Shown piece by piece: positions 46,341 through 55,603 of a stretch of 64,000 nucleotides of DNA. Under the pieces are notes generated by a model. The model worked only from the letters and a program-made list of their open reading frames with translations. It was not told the DNA's origin and searched no databases. The DNA lies in assembly GCA_035539095.1 (NCBI GenBank), contig DATLJE010000009.1, positions 265,071-329,070 of the forward strand, read 5' to 3'. A program made the position numbers and the translations under genes. Every line of letters begins with the position of its first letter. Positions within the stretch are counted from its first letter, which is position 1. This DNA comes from Luteimonas sp. GTDB lineage: Bacteria > Pseudomonadota > Gammaproteobacteria > Xanthomonadales > Xanthomonadaceae.

Positions 46341-46739
46341 TTACTTGCGGGCCTTCGAGGCGGCCTTGACGGCTTCCTCGGCCTTGGCCTGGACCTTGGC
46401 GCTGGCCGACTCGACCTGGGCCTTGGCGATCTGGGCGATGGCTTCGTTGGTCTTGAGCGTGCGGCCGATGACTTCCTGACCGGTGCTGACGGCGCGCTCG
46501 ACGTTCTCGCGGGCGACCTGCACGCCCTTCGGCCATGCGGCCTTCAGGCCGTCGAAGTCACGGGCCTCGGCGACCTCGCCCCAGAAGGCGAAGGTGGCGT
46601 TGGCGTTCTCTTCGAACGTGGCCAGCTGCAGGCCGAACACCTTCTCGGCGTTCTCGAGGGCCAGGCGGTTGACCTGGGCGGCGGTGTCGGCGACCTGGCG
46701 CGAGGCGGCGGCGAACTGCTCGTTGAAATCCTGGTACAT
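46341..46739 (-). CDS. phasin-family protein
   Basis: ATG at 46739 (MYQDFNEQFAAASRQ). All-helical, Ala/Glu/Lys-rich 132-aa protein typical of PhaP-type phasins. Confidence 0.7.
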   Translation of the reverse strand: MYQDFNEQFAAASRQVADTAAQVNRLALENAEKVFGLQLATFEENANATFAFWGEVAEARDFDGLKAAWPKGVQVARENVERAVSTGQEVIGRTLKTNEAIAQIAKAQVESASAKVQAKAEEAVKAASKARK

Positions 46740-46935
46740 GGTGGGCTCCTGCTGGGTGTCCGGCAGGGATTGCCGGTATTTGTGCGGTGCAGCATAGCGC
46801 CGGTTTTGTTGCAATGCAACATCCGAGCCGGGAGCCGTTCATTTATATGCGAATCAATGGGTTGGCAGATCACCAGCCCTGTTTGCGTGGGAAAACGCGT
46901 CCAGCCGGCGGCGAATCAAGATCGCCAGCCCAGGC

Positions 46936-47061
46936 GTAGGGCGGGCCTTGGCCCGCGATGTGGGTCCCCGATCCGGTCGGCCCCCTCGCCGACCGGCGCC
47001 CCGCATCGCGGAACTCGATCGGGCGAAGCCAACCTCAGGCGGCGGGCCGGGGCCGCCCTAC
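46936..47061. repeat. REP-like arms (gtagggcgggccttggcccgc ... ggcgggccggggccgccctac)
   Basis: Same family as 8379-8438 and 20959-20996. The right arm overlaps the queD stop. Confidence 0.6.
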
Positions 47062-47414
47062 GGCCCGCGGTAGCGGCAGCCGGAGGTGCAGGTCTCGCGC
47101 ACCACCACCTCGCTCAGCTGCGGCAGCGCCGGCTTCAGGCGCTCCCAGATCCACGCGGCCAGCCGCTCGCTGGTGGGGTTCTCGAGGCCTTCGATGTCGT
47201 TGAGGTAGCGGTGGTCGAGCTGGTCGTACAGCGGACGGAACGCGGCCTTGATATCGCCGAAGTCCATCACCCAGCCGCTGTCGGCGCCGGGCTCGCCGGA
47301 GACGTGCAGCTCGATGCCGAACGAATGCCCGTGCAGCCGCGCGCACTTGTGCCCGGGCGGCACGTTCGGCAGCCGGTGCGCGGCCTCGACGGTGAAGGTC
47401 TTGAAGATGTCCAT
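47058..47414 (-). CDS. queD: 6-carboxy-5,6,7,8-tetrahydropterin synthase
   Basis: [10 protein letters not shown]...CARLHGHSF...Zn/His motifs, 118 aa. Confidence 0.92.
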   Translation of the reverse strand: MDIFKTFTVEAAHRLPNVPPGHKCARLHGHSFGIELHVSGEPGADSGWVMDFGDIKAAFRPLYDQLDHRYLNDIEGLENPTSERLAAWIWERLKPALPQLSEVVVRETCTSGCRYRGP

Positions 47415-47420
47415 CCGCGC

Positions 47421-48251
47421 TCATTCTACCGGCTCGCGCTCGCCGGCCTTGCGCGAATGGCGGTCGGGCGGCTGCGTGCGCTGGTGCTCGGCCACCCGCG
47501 CCTTGGCGGTCTCGCCGCGCGCGCCGACCACCATCTCGGTCAGCCAGGCGACCAGCACGGCGGTGTAGGCCTTCTGCATCGACTTGTCGCTCAGCGCGTG
47601 GTCGGCGCCGGCCAGCCTGCGCGCGGTGAGCGACTGCACGCCCGTGAACGCGGCCGCGTAGCTCTCGATCACCGGCCTCGGCACGATCTCGTCGTGCTCG
47701 GCCTCCACCAGCAGCACGTCGCCGTCGAACGTGGCGCAGGCGCGCAGCGCACGGTTGTCGCGCGCGTCGATGCGCTGGCGGCGGTAGGCGCGCAGGTCGG
47801 CGTCGCGGTGCAGCTGGCGCTTGGGCACGTCCCAGCCCGGGTCCATGTACAGCGCCGGCGAGCGCAGCGCGAGCCAGCGCACCGGCCGCATCGAGGACAG
47901 GATCGCGGCGAGGTAGCCGCCGTAGCTGATGCCGACCACGGCGATCGCGCCCGGGTCGACGTCGTGGCGCGCCGCGAGCCAGTCGTAGGCGGCCAGCAGG
48001 TCGTCGAGGTTCTGCGCGCGCGTCACCGTCTCCCACTGCGCGGCGTTGGCCTCGTGGCCGCGCAGGTCGAAGGTCAGGCACAGGCAGCCCAGCGCCGCCG
48101 CCTCGCGCGCGCGTACCAGGTCGTGCCGCTGGCTGCCGCCCCAGCCGTGCACGAACAGCACCGCCGGCAATCGCCGGGTCGGCGCCAGCAGGGTGCCGCT
48201 GAGGGTGTCGCCGTCCACTGCGATGGCGACCGGATCAAGTCGGGTGTCCAT
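47421..48251 (-). CDS. alpha/beta hydrolase (dienelactone-hydrolase/S9-like)
   Basis: [10 protein letters not shown], nucleophile elbow GISYGG, and later D...H (EHDEIV, ADHAL). Confidence 0.8.
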   Translation of the reverse strand: MDTRLDPVAIAVDGDTLSGTLLAPTRRLPAVLFVHGWGGSQRHDLVRAREAAALGCLCLTFDLRGHEANAAQWETVTRAQNLDDLLAAYDWLAARHDVDPGAIAVVGISYGGYLAAILSSMRPVRWLALRSPALYMDPGWDVPKRQLHRDADLRAYRRQRIDARDNRALRACATFDGDVLLVEAEHDEIVPRPVIESYAAAFTGVQSLTARRLAGADHALSDKSMQKAYTAVLVAWLTEMVVGARGETAKARVAEHQRTQPPDRHSRKAGEREPVE

Positions 48252-49416
48252 GACGTTCCACGATGCTGTACTTGGTCAACAGGCCCAGGGTCGGGTCGAC
48301 GTCGCGGTAGTGCACCACCGCGTGCGCGGGTGGGTCGTGCGCGCCGTGCACTTCGTGGCTCGAGGCGCGCACGGCCTGCAACTGTGGATCGGCCGCGAAG
48401 GCCTCGAGCGCGGCGATCTCCGCCGGGCTGGCGCCGCCGATCCGCCAGGATTGCTCGAGCACGCCCGAGCGCGGCTGCCCGTCGCGATCCAGCCCCTGCA
48501 CGATGTCGTAGTTGCAGCGCGAGGCGAAGAAGCGCGGGTACGCCTCGCGCATCGCCGCGTGGTAGCACTGCGCCTGCATGGCCGCGCGCTGCAGGTGGTC
48601 GTCCAGGCCGGCCGCGCGCAACGCCTCGAAGCCGCCGCGCACGGCAAGCAGGTCGGTGCCGCCGTACGCCGCGCCGCCGTTGCGGTCGGGCGTCGTGCGC
48701 TGGGTGCCGGCATAGGTGATGCGGACGCCGGCGCATTCCACCGTGCCGATGCTGCAGGTCGTCGCGTCCGCGAGATGCTGCTCGACGGTGGCGCCGTGGC
48801 GCGCGAGCTCGTCTTCCGCGATCGTGTCCAGCGCAGCATCGAGCGCGGCGAGATCGGGCACCAGCACCTGCCCCAGCCCGCCGGTGCCGCGCGCCAGCTT
48901 GAGCCGCAACGGGCCCAGGTCGAGCAGCTGCGCGCAGGCGCGCCGCGCGTCGCGACGCGAGAACACCGCGAAGCCCGGCAGCACCGCGTCGGCCAGGCAA
49001 CCACAGAGCGAGCGCGACCAGCCGACCGGCGCCGGCGAATCCTCGTCGACCAGCGGATGGCTGACCACCTTGGTGGCGATGAAGGCATACGGCACCACGC
49101 CGCCGAACAGGTCGTCGGCACCGGCGATGCCGAGCGCGCGCGCTCGCCTCGCCAGCAGCGTCTGCTCGGGCACGAAGTAGACGCGTTCCCCGCGCCGGCG
49201 CCGCGCCGCGCCGACGCCGGCGTATTCATAGCGATGCAATCGTGCCAGCCGACGCGCCAGCGCTTCGAGCGTGGCGAACTCGTGGCCGGTGCGCGCGCGG
49301 CCGCGGGCGGCGGGGACGATCGCGACGCGTCCGGCGGCCGCGTGCCGCCGCGCGGGTGCCGCTGCCGAAGTCGCCGCGTGGACCATGCGCGCAGGATCGG
49401 CGATCGCCGCGGACAA
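48235..49416 (-). CDS. conserved hypothetical protein (recalled as DUF3182-like; ATP-grasp-like fold suspected)
   Basis: 393-aa ORF with coding-type composition. Its 3' end overlaps the hydrolase start by 17 nt. The family assignment is from memory only. Confidence 0.55.
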   Translation of the reverse strand: MSAAIADPARMVHAATSAAAPARRHAAAGRVAIVPAARGRARTGHEFATLEALARRLARLHRYEYAGVGAARRRRGERVYFVPEQTLLARRARALGIAGADDLFGGVVPYAFIATKVVSHPLVDEDSPAPVGWSRSLCGCLADAVLPGFAVFSRRDARRACAQLLDLGPLRLKLARGTGGLGQVLVPDLAALDAALDTIAEDELARHGATVEQHLADATTCSIGTVECAGVRITYAGTQRTTPDRNGGAAYGGTDLLAVRGGFEALRAAGLDDHLQRAAMQAQCYHAAMREAYPRFFASRCNYDIVQGLDRDGQPRSGVLEQSWRIGGASPAEIAALEAFAADPQLQAVRASSHEVHGAHDPPAHAVVHYRDVDPTLGLLTKYSIVERHGHPT

Positions 49417-49623
49417 CGTCGTGAATGGTGCCCGCCGCAGGCCCGCGTATCACGCACGTGGCCGCGCATGCCCCGCCGGTGCGGATGGCGGCGCGCCCGC
49501 ACGCCGCTTCGCGAAGCGGGCCCAACTTCCGTTGCTGTCTGCGTCGCGCTGCCGCGGATGGCCGGATGCATCGCGCGCCGCCGTTGCATCCCCGGGGGGT
49601 TCCGCACGGTCAAGGACGCAGCC

Positions 49624-51447
49624 ATGAACCGGGCAGTGCTTCTGATCGGGGTCAGCCGCACGGGCGGGCTTGGGACGCTCAAGGCGGTCGAGGACTCGAT
49701 CGACAAGATGGAAGCCTGGGCGCGGTCCCAGGGCATTCCCGACGCGCAGATCATCCGGCGCACCGATGCCGGTGGGCCGGTGACGATCGCGACCTTGTTC
49801 AAGGACGTCCGCGACCTGGCCGAACCGGGCACGATCGAGCAGCTGGTGATCTATTTCGCCGGCCACGGCGTGGTCAACAACCGGACCGAGTACTGGATGC
49901 TGTCCGACGCGCCGGACAACGCCGCCGAAGCGGTCAACGTCGCCAGCAACGTCTCGCTCGCCCAGGCCGGCGCCTTCGACCATGTCGTGCTGTTCTCCGA
50001 TGCGTGCCGCACGCCGACGCAGGGGCTGCAGTACGGCCGCGTCGTCGGCAGCGACATCTTCCCCAACATCGTCGACGTCGAGCTCGAGCGCCCCGTCGAC
50101 ATCTTCTTCGGCACCTCGCTCGGCGCGCCGGCGCTGGAGGTCAGGCAGGCCGAGCAGGGCAGACAGTACCAGGCGATGTACACAGAGGCGCTGCTGGAAG
50201 CGCTCGAAGGCAAGGTCGCCGACACCATCGTCGATGGCCGCGTGCGGCCGCGGCCGTTGAAGCGGGCGCTGCCGAAGCTGGTGCGCAGGAAGCTCGACGC
50301 GAGCGGATTGACGCTGGCGACCACGCAGACGCCAGATGCACGCGTCACCTCGGACGACGACGCCTGGCTGGCGGAAATCCCGCTGCCGGCCGCCGGCGCG
50401 CATCCGCCACCGGCGGGTCACAGGCCAGGGGCGGGGACGCCACCCGCTCCACCACCCGCCGCGCCGCAACCGCCGCCGCCGCCTCCGGACGTGGCTCCGC
50501 CCCCGATGACCACGCGCGAAGTCGCGCAGCTGGTCCTGGACGAGGCGCTGCGCACCGACACCTACGATCGCGCGCCGGCCACGCGGGAAGACATCAAGGC
50601 CATTACCGGCCGCGGCGTGACGCCGAACGCGGGCCGCCTCCTCGAGGCGATGGCCACGCGTACCGCCGATCGCCTGCCGCCCGTGCTGCCCGACCGCCCC
50701 GGGTTCGAGGTCCACGGGCGCGCGCTGGCGGACGCGACCTGTCCCGACGGCGACTGCCAGCTCGGGCAGGAAGGCGACGCCACCACCGTCGGCGTCGCGA
50801 CGACGCAGCCTCAGTCGCAGGTGCTGCTCGAGTTCGACGACGGGACGGGCGTGGTGCTGCCGGTCATCGAACGCTACGTCGGCGTCCTGCGCCTGCGCGA
50901 CGGCCGCCTCGACGAGGTCTGGTACGAGCCGGCGAACGACTTCGACGCATCGATGAGCAGGAAGGAGATCGAGTTCCTGCGCCAGGCGATCATCAAGGCG
51001 TCCGCGCTCGGCGAGTTCGCGCTGCAGGGAGAGGACGCGGACATGCTCGCGCAGCGCATGCAGAACATGAAGTTCCTCGACCCCGCGCTGGCGGTGTACG
51101 CCGCGTACGCCTTCCACGACATCGGCCAGTTCCGCCGCATCGGCCACATGCAGGACTACCTGCAGGCGCAGCTCGGCGTGCGGCTGTACGACCTGGCGCT
51201 GCTCTCGCGCGGCCTGCTCCGCGACGGCGACCTGGCCGACCAGTGCACGCCGCGCCTGCCCCTGCTCTCGCAGGGCTGGGCGCTGGTCGACGCGCTGCGC
51301 GGCCGCATCCCCGGCAAGCTCGATCCGCTGCGCAGGGAGCTGCGGCCCTCGCTGTGGTCGCTGTACACGCCCGAAGGCACCGTCCTGCTGCGCGAATGGA
51401 TGCAGGAGCAGCGCCATCCCGCCATGGCCATGGGAGCCACGTCATGA
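49624..51447 (+). CDS. caspase-like (clan CD, C14-type) protease domain protein with poly-Pro linker and uncharacterised C-terminal domain
   Basis: ATG at 49624. LLIGVS..., His motif IYFAGHG, Cys motif LFSDACRT, then PPAPPPAAPQPPPPPPDVAPPP, then ~270 aa that I cannot assign. Confidence 0.75.
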   Translation: MNRAVLLIGVSRTGGLGTLKAVEDSIDKMEAWARSQGIPDAQIIRRTDAGGPVTIATLFKDVRDLAEPGTIEQLVIYFAGHGVVNNRTEYWMLSDAPDNAAEAVNVASNVSLAQAGAFDHVVLFSDACRTPTQGLQYGRVVGSDIFPNIVDVELERPVDIFFGTSLGAPALEVRQAEQGRQYQAMYTEALLEALEGKVADTIVDGRVRPRPLKRALPKLVRRKLDASGLTLATTQTPDARVTSDDDAWLAEIPLPAAGAHPPPAGHRPGAGTPPAPPPAAPQPPPPPPDVAPPPMTTREVAQLVLDEALRTDTYDRAPATREDIKAITGRGVTPNAGRLLEAMATRTADRLPPVLPDRPGFEVHGRALADATCPDGDCQLGQEGDATTVGVATTQPQSQVLLEFDDGTGVVLPVIERYVGVLRLRDGRLDEVWYEPANDFDASMSRKEIEFLRQAIIKASALGEFALQGEDADMLAQRMQNMKFLDPALAVYAAYAFHDIGQFRRIGHMQDYLQAQLGVRLYDLALLSRGLLRDGDLADQCTPRLPLLSQGWALVDALRGRIPGKLDPLRRELRPSLWSLYTPEGTVLLREWMQEQRHPAMAMGATS

Positions 51448-52331
51448 AACAGCTGATCTTCATCCACGGCCGCTCGCAGCAGGAGAAGGACGCCGTCAAG
51501 CTCAAGCAGGAATGGATCCAGGCATGGAAGAAGGGCCTGGCCAAAGGTGGCCTGCCGATGCCGATCGACGAGGCGCACATCCGCTTCCCGTACTACGGCG
51601 ACACGCTCGCCCAGATGGTCGGCGGCGCCAGCGCGGACGACGCGGCGAAGATCATCGTGCGCGGCGCGGAGCAGAACCCGGCCGCCGAGCAGTTCCTCTC
51701 CATGCTGCTGCAGCAGTACATCGACGGCGCGGGGATCACCGACGACGAGATCGAGGCGCAACTGCGCGCCGAGGCGCTCGTGCTCGAGCGCGGGCCGCAG
51801 AACTGGGGCTGGGTGCAGGCGGTGCTGCGCGCCATCGACAGGCGCACGCCCGGTGGCGGCGCGTTGATCGCGCTGGTCACCAACGACGTGCACCAGTACC
51901 TGGTCAACCTGGACCTGCGCAGGCACATCGAGGACGGCGTGCTCAAGGCCATGGACCCGGACAGCGAGAACGTGGTCGTCTCGCATTCCCTCGGCACCGT
52001 GGTCGCCTACACCGCGCTGCGCCGGCTGGCGGCGGAAGGCCAGGCGTGGCGCGTGCCGTTGCTGGTCACCCTGGGTTCGCCGCTGGGCATCCGCGCGATC
52101 CGCGGCAAGCTGCGCCCCATCGGCCACCCGGCCTGCGTGACGCGCTGGTTCAACGCCTACGATCCCAACGACGTGGTGTCGCTCAACCCGCTGGACGCAA
52201 AGAACTTCGCCATCACCCCTGCGATCGAGAACAAGGGCGACGTGGACAACGGGACGGACAACCAGCACGGCATCGTCGGCTATCTCGACGACGCGGTGGT
52301 CGCGCGAAGGATCCACGAGGCGCTTGCGTAG
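51444..52331 (+). CDS. alpha/beta hydrolase (lipase/esterase-like), function unknown
   Basis: Its ATG overlaps the upstream stop (ATGA). LIFIHGR, nucleophile elbow SHSLG, later YDPNDVV and QHG. Confidence 0.75.
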   Translation: MKQLIFIHGRSQQEKDAVKLKQEWIQAWKKGLAKGGLPMPIDEAHIRFPYYGDTLAQMVGGASADDAAKIIVRGAEQNPAAEQFLSMLLQQYIDGAGITDDEIEAQLRAEALVLERGPQNWGWVQAVLRAIDRRTPGGGALIALVTNDVHQYLVNLDLRRHIEDGVLKAMDPDSENVVVSHSLGTVVAYTALRRLAAEGQAWRVPLLVTLGSPLGIRAIRGKLRPIGHPACVTRWFNAYDPNDVVSLNPLDAKNFAITPAIENKGDVDNGTDNQHGIVGYLDDAVVARRIHEALA

Positions 52332-52462
52332 GGGTGGGCGCCGGAAACGCTGCAGGCCGTCCATGCAGGTCCTGCATCCGGTTGTGCCGCATCCGGTGCG
52401 CAGGTCCGCGCATCGTGGCGGGCCCGATGTCGGCAACCGGCTGATTGCGCTGCGGATTCTGG

Positions 52463-52480
52463 TGGCTATGGGTGGAATCG
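52463..52480. repeat. distal att repeat of the tRNA-Met island (tggctatgggtggaatcg)
   Basis: 17/18 identical to the tRNA 3' end at 60604-60621. A 10-bp partial re-duplication (ggtggctatg) lies at 52483-52492. Confidence 0.8.
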
Positions 52481-52549
52481 CGGTGGCTATGCTTCCGCCC
52501 CGTAGCGCCCTAGTCGTTTCAATGGCTTGCGGACCCGCCGGAGCCCGCA

Positions 52550-52581
52550 CTGTAGCAAACGCTGTAGCACATGCTGTAGCG
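52550..52581 (+). repeat. three CTGTAGC(A/G) units phased at 12 bp (candidate integrase arm-type sites, left arm)
   Basis: Units begin at 52550, 52562 and 52574. The same order (A, A, G) occurs at 60509-60540. Confidence 0.65.
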
Positions 52582-52856
52582 AATGGTGGGCCGCTTTCGT
52601 CCCCTCGCGGCAACGGTTCCCCCGGGGCATATTTCGCGGTGGTCCCCTCGCGGCAACCTATCGGGCCCCTTCATGGCATACCTTGGGTGTCGACCCGCTC
52701 CGGGCCGACAACGGAACCTGCCATGCGAATCTCCCTCGCTCTGGAATCCCTGCTCCCGCAGGAACGCGCCTCGCGCTTCACCGTCACCCGCGAACGCTAC
52801 GGCCGGCACGTCGCCGTGGTCGCCTTCGGTCGTCGCTTGCTGGTCGACTTGATCCG

Positions 52857-53372
52857 CTAGCGCATTCGCTCGATCACCCAAGCGCGTTGGTCCTGCGTCC
52901 ACGCTTCGGCGGGTTTGTAGTCGGCGGCGCGCTCGGGTGGTCTCTCGTGCCGGAGCTGTAGCGCGAGCTGTAGCATCGGCCGGTACTCGGTCACGAACTG
53001 GGCCGACTCCGCGCACCCTGCCGTGGCCTCTCGCTCGATCCGCTCCCACTGGTCCAGCAGCCGGGGCCGGTCGGGGCTAAGCCCTCTCAGGTCGGCGTCA
53101 TTGTCCGGGGGCGGTATCCATCCCCAGCGGGACCCGCCGCTCCGGTCCGTGTGCTTGCCCTCGACCTCAGCCGCTAGCCTCTCGATTCCCTGCGCGCAGC
53201 TCTTGAGCCGCGACCGTAGCGCATAGCGCGCTCGCTGCTCGGCCGTCTGGGGCTTCCTGCGGGCCCTGTCGCGGGCGCTGCGGTCCATCTTGGCCAGCGC
53301 CTGGGCCAGCGCCTCGGCCACCTCGGGGCAGCCTTCGGTGGCCCCTCCGGGGGCATCCCGGGGGTTTGTCAT
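52857..53372 (-). CDS. hypothetical protein (island)
   Basis: ATG at 53372 with GTGAGGA upstream, within ORF 52857..53414. No recognisable motifs. Confidence 0.55.
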   Translation of the reverse strand: MTNPRDAPGGATEGCPEVAEALAQALAKMDRSARDRARRKPQTAEQRARYALRSRLKSCAQGIERLAAEVEGKHTDRSGGSRWGWIPPPDNDADLRGLSPDRPRLLDQWERIEREATAGCAESAQFVTEYRPMLQLALQLRHERPPERAADYKPAEAWTQDQRAWVIERMR

Positions 53373-53465
53373 GGCTAAATCCTCACTGAATGAAATGTTA
53401 AATAGTGGCCTCAACCGGCCACACTAGCGCGCCTCTGTTCCGGCCGGGGCTTAACAATTCCGCGG

Positions 53466-54326
53466 CTACCATTCGCCCCTGTCGATCGCCTCAGCCAACC
53501 TCCGGTCCACCTCAGGGACCCCCGCGGCTCCTTCTTCGGGCTCCGCCTCGACGTCCGCAAGCAACCCCCGAAGTGCCACCGCGACAAGCTCCCGCGGGAG
53601 GTCCTTTGCGTACCGCGCCACCTGTCGCTGCAACTTCCCAATTCGCCAATCCTCGTACTGGCCCGGAGTCATTTCATCGCGCAGCCCGTTGCGGATCGTG
53701 TGCCGCACGTAGCGCCACTGAGGGAACCCCGAAGCGCCATCGCGGTGGTCCTTCGGGTAGCGTTCGGGGTCCACCTCAGGGAGCCGTGCAAGCATCCTCG
53801 CCACGGTGTCCCGACTAATCCCGAACTCAAGCGCGATGCTTCGCTCCGAACTCCCCGGGGGCAGCTTCAGTGATCCCCCGGCGGTGAGTCCGGCTAGGTG
53901 CTGCCACGCCTGTTCCCTGAGCTGGTCGCGGTGCATCGGCAGCTTCACCCCGTCGAGATTCACCAACCGGGAAAGCCTTCCCGCTGTCCGCCAATCCATC
54001 ACTCGAACGCGAGCCGGCAGCCGTGCGCGTCCTGCGCGTTGGTACGCCCTGAGCCGGTGGTGTCCGTCGGTGACGAATAGCTCTCCGGCGATACTCGCCA
54101 CAAGCAACGGCTCAAGCTCTGCCGCGGCACTGAGCCTCAGCACGCCGGTCATGCGCTCGATATGTTCCTCGCTCTGCGCTTCCTGCCTCGCCTGATCCCG
54201 GAGTGACAGCAGCGCCATGTTCCGCGGCTGAAGCGCGGGGTTCTGCCTGACCTCCTTTACCTCGATCTGCCGCGGTTCGGTCTCGCGCCATTCTTCAAGC
54301 CTTGCGGCTAGTGTCTTTGTCTGCAC
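53466..54326 (-). CDS. ParB/Srx-like nuclease N-terminal domain protein with HTH
   Basis: VTDGHHRLRAY (DGHHR motif of the ParB N-terminal domain) and an HTH-like SIALEFGISRDTVARML. GTG start. Confidence 0.75.
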   Translation of the reverse strand: MQTKTLAARLEEWRETEPRQIEVKEVRQNPALQPRNMALLSLRDQARQEAQSEEHIERMTGVLRLSAAAELEPLLVASIAGELFVTDGHHRLRAYQRAGRARLPARVRVMDWRTAGRLSRLVNLDGVKLPMHRDQLREQAWQHLAGLTAGGSLKLPPGSSERSIALEFGISRDTVARMLARLPEVDPERYPKDHRDGASGFPQWRYVRHTIRNGLRDEMTPGQYEDWRIGKLQRQVARYAKDLPRELVAVALRGLLADVEAEPEEGAAGVPEVDRRLAEAIDRGEW

Positions 54327-54338
54327 TGAAGGTGGCCC

Positions 54339-54518
54339 CTAGTGGTCGGAGGGTGGCGGCACCTGCGCCAGCAACTCGGCTAGCACCTCGCTGTTCGTCA
54401 TTGGCCTACCGCGCTGCGTCTCCATCTGGCGCTGGTACGCCTTGAGCTTATCGAACGCGGGCACCTCGAACGAAATGGTGCGATAGACCAACGTCTCTAC
54501 CCTGCGCTCAGCGTCCAT
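54339..54518 (-). CDS. 59-aa protein, possible ribbon-helix-helix DNA binder (below ORF-track cutoff)
   Basis: Hand-translated: MDAERRVETLVYRTISFEVPAFDKLKAYQRQMETQRGRPMTNSEVLAELLAQVPPPSDH. GGAGGAG lies 7 nt upstream. Confidence 0.55.
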   Translation of the reverse strand: MDAERRVETLVYRTISFEVPAFDKLKAYQRQMETQRGRPMTNSEVLAELLAQVPPPSDH

Positions 54519-54684
54519 CGGTGAACTCCTCCCCGCTCGCTACTCGGCGCAGCCGCTCGGCCAGCCGGCGGGCAATGATGCCTTCCAGCACGGCATTGTC
54601 TGGAGTGTCCGCGCGGTAGGGATACCATCCGTCGATTAGATGCGCGGCGGCTTCTACGCCTGCGCGTTCGTGGTCCTGAATCAT
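54508..54684 (-). CDS. 58-aa hypothetical protein (below ORF-track cutoff)
   Basis: Hand-translated: MIQDHERAGVEAAAHLIDGWYPYRADTPDNAVLEGIIARRLAERLRRVASGEEFTDGR. ATGA overlap with the HNH gene stop. Its 3' end overlaps the next start by 11 nt. Confidence 0.5.
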   Translation of the reverse strand: MIQDHERAGVEAAAHLIDGWYPYRADTPDNAVLEGIIARRLAERLRRVASGEEFTDGR

Positions 54685-55202
54685 GTTGATGCCTCTTCGA
54701 TGTAGCGGAGTACCTGGGCCACTTCGTCGTCGGTGACGCCACGCGCGGTGGTCTCGCCGTAGTCCATGCCTTCAAGTCGCGCCCTGAGCCGGTCGGGGCT
54801 GTGATCGCGCTTGATGCGGTTAGCGCGGAGGGAGATAACCTGCACGTTCCCCGGGACATAGCCCGCGGCCGGGTCGATGCGGTCAAAGCTCGGCGATGCG
54901 TCGGTGTGCTCTCCGCTGTAGTCGAGCACCAGTCCTAACACTGGGCACACCTTCGGGGCACCCCCGGGGCACGCCTCGGCGAGCGTGATCGCAAACGGGA
55001 TGCCTTCGCGCTTTGCGTCGGCCTTGCGGGTCCTGAGGTTCAACCTCAAGCGGCCTTCTGGTGTCGCTGCGGTGGCCGCATACCAACGCCGCCACTGTGC
55101 GCGCCGCTTATCCGGATTCGCTGCCTTCCATCGTCGCCGCCGCTGCCGTGCCGCCTCTTTCTGCTCTGGCGTCATCCGCGCCCATCGCTCAGCGGTCGGC
55201 AT
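54681..55202 (-). CDS. HNH-type endonuclease-like protein
   Basis: ATG at 55202. CPVLG...SFDRIDPAAGYVPGNVQVISLRANRIK resembles phage HNH nucleases. Confidence 0.65.
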   Translation of the reverse strand: MPTAERWARMTPEQKEAARQRRRRWKAANPDKRRAQWRRWYAATAATPEGRLRLNLRTRKADAKREGIPFAITLAEACPGGAPKVCPVLGLVLDYSGEHTDASPSFDRIDPAAGYVPGNVQVISLRANRIKRDHSPDRLRARLEGMDYGETTARGVTDDEVAQVLRYIEEAST

Positions 55203-55440
55203 CGCTCGCCTCCAGCGCAGCGCGCGCCTCCGCTGTGGTGGTCCGGAACAGCCCGGACAGCATCCCGGCATTGACGAAAGCCGGGAGGTCTCCGTCTCCA
55301 TCCTTCGCAGCTTCAAGAAACCGCCGCATCCGTTCCCGGCGGTCGGCCTTGGCTGCATCCGCTCCGCGCCCTACTCGGGGGAGGGTATTGTCGAAGGCGG
55401 CGGCTAGCGCGGCCTCCATTCTCTGGCGCATTACGCTCAT
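55189..55440 (-). CDS. hypothetical protein (island)
   Basis: 83-aa ORF. Its end overlaps the HNH start by 14 nt. Confidence 0.5.
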   Translation of the reverse strand: MSVMRQRMEAALAAAFDNTLPRVGRGADAAKADRRERMRRFLEAAKDGDGDLPAFVNAGMLSGLFRTTTAEARAALEASDADR

Positions 55441-55603
55441 TCTGTTTCTACCTCGATTGATTGATTGATCTGAAACAGCGAAGCCCGCCGCTTCGGCGCG
55501 TTCTCCTACTGCCCCGGGACCTTGATCCCTGAGGGTTCGGGCGCGCTTCCACGGCGGGCCTTGCTGCCGGCGGAGTGCTACCGCCTAAGGTGTTCGGCCC
55601 GGA

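Noticed and set aside
52550-52581. A CRISPR-like array, because of the regularly spaced repeats.
   Set aside because: There are only three 8-bp units with a 12-bp period, no spacers of CRISPR length and no cas genes. Arm-type recombinase sites are the better explanation.
52324-52860. ORFs 52324..52860, 52527..52961 and 52583..52852, including a 45-aa Met-started tail at 52724..52860.
   Set aside because: They run through the att repeat and the repeat-dense left arm of the island, have Pro/Arg/Ser-rich non-protein-like translations, and lack a convincing ribosome-binding site.
54497-54886. A 129-aa ORF overlapping the HNH gene and the micro-ORFs.
   Set aside because: It is out of frame with better-supported genes. 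Its translation is Arg/Ser/Pro-rich and has no start-site signals.
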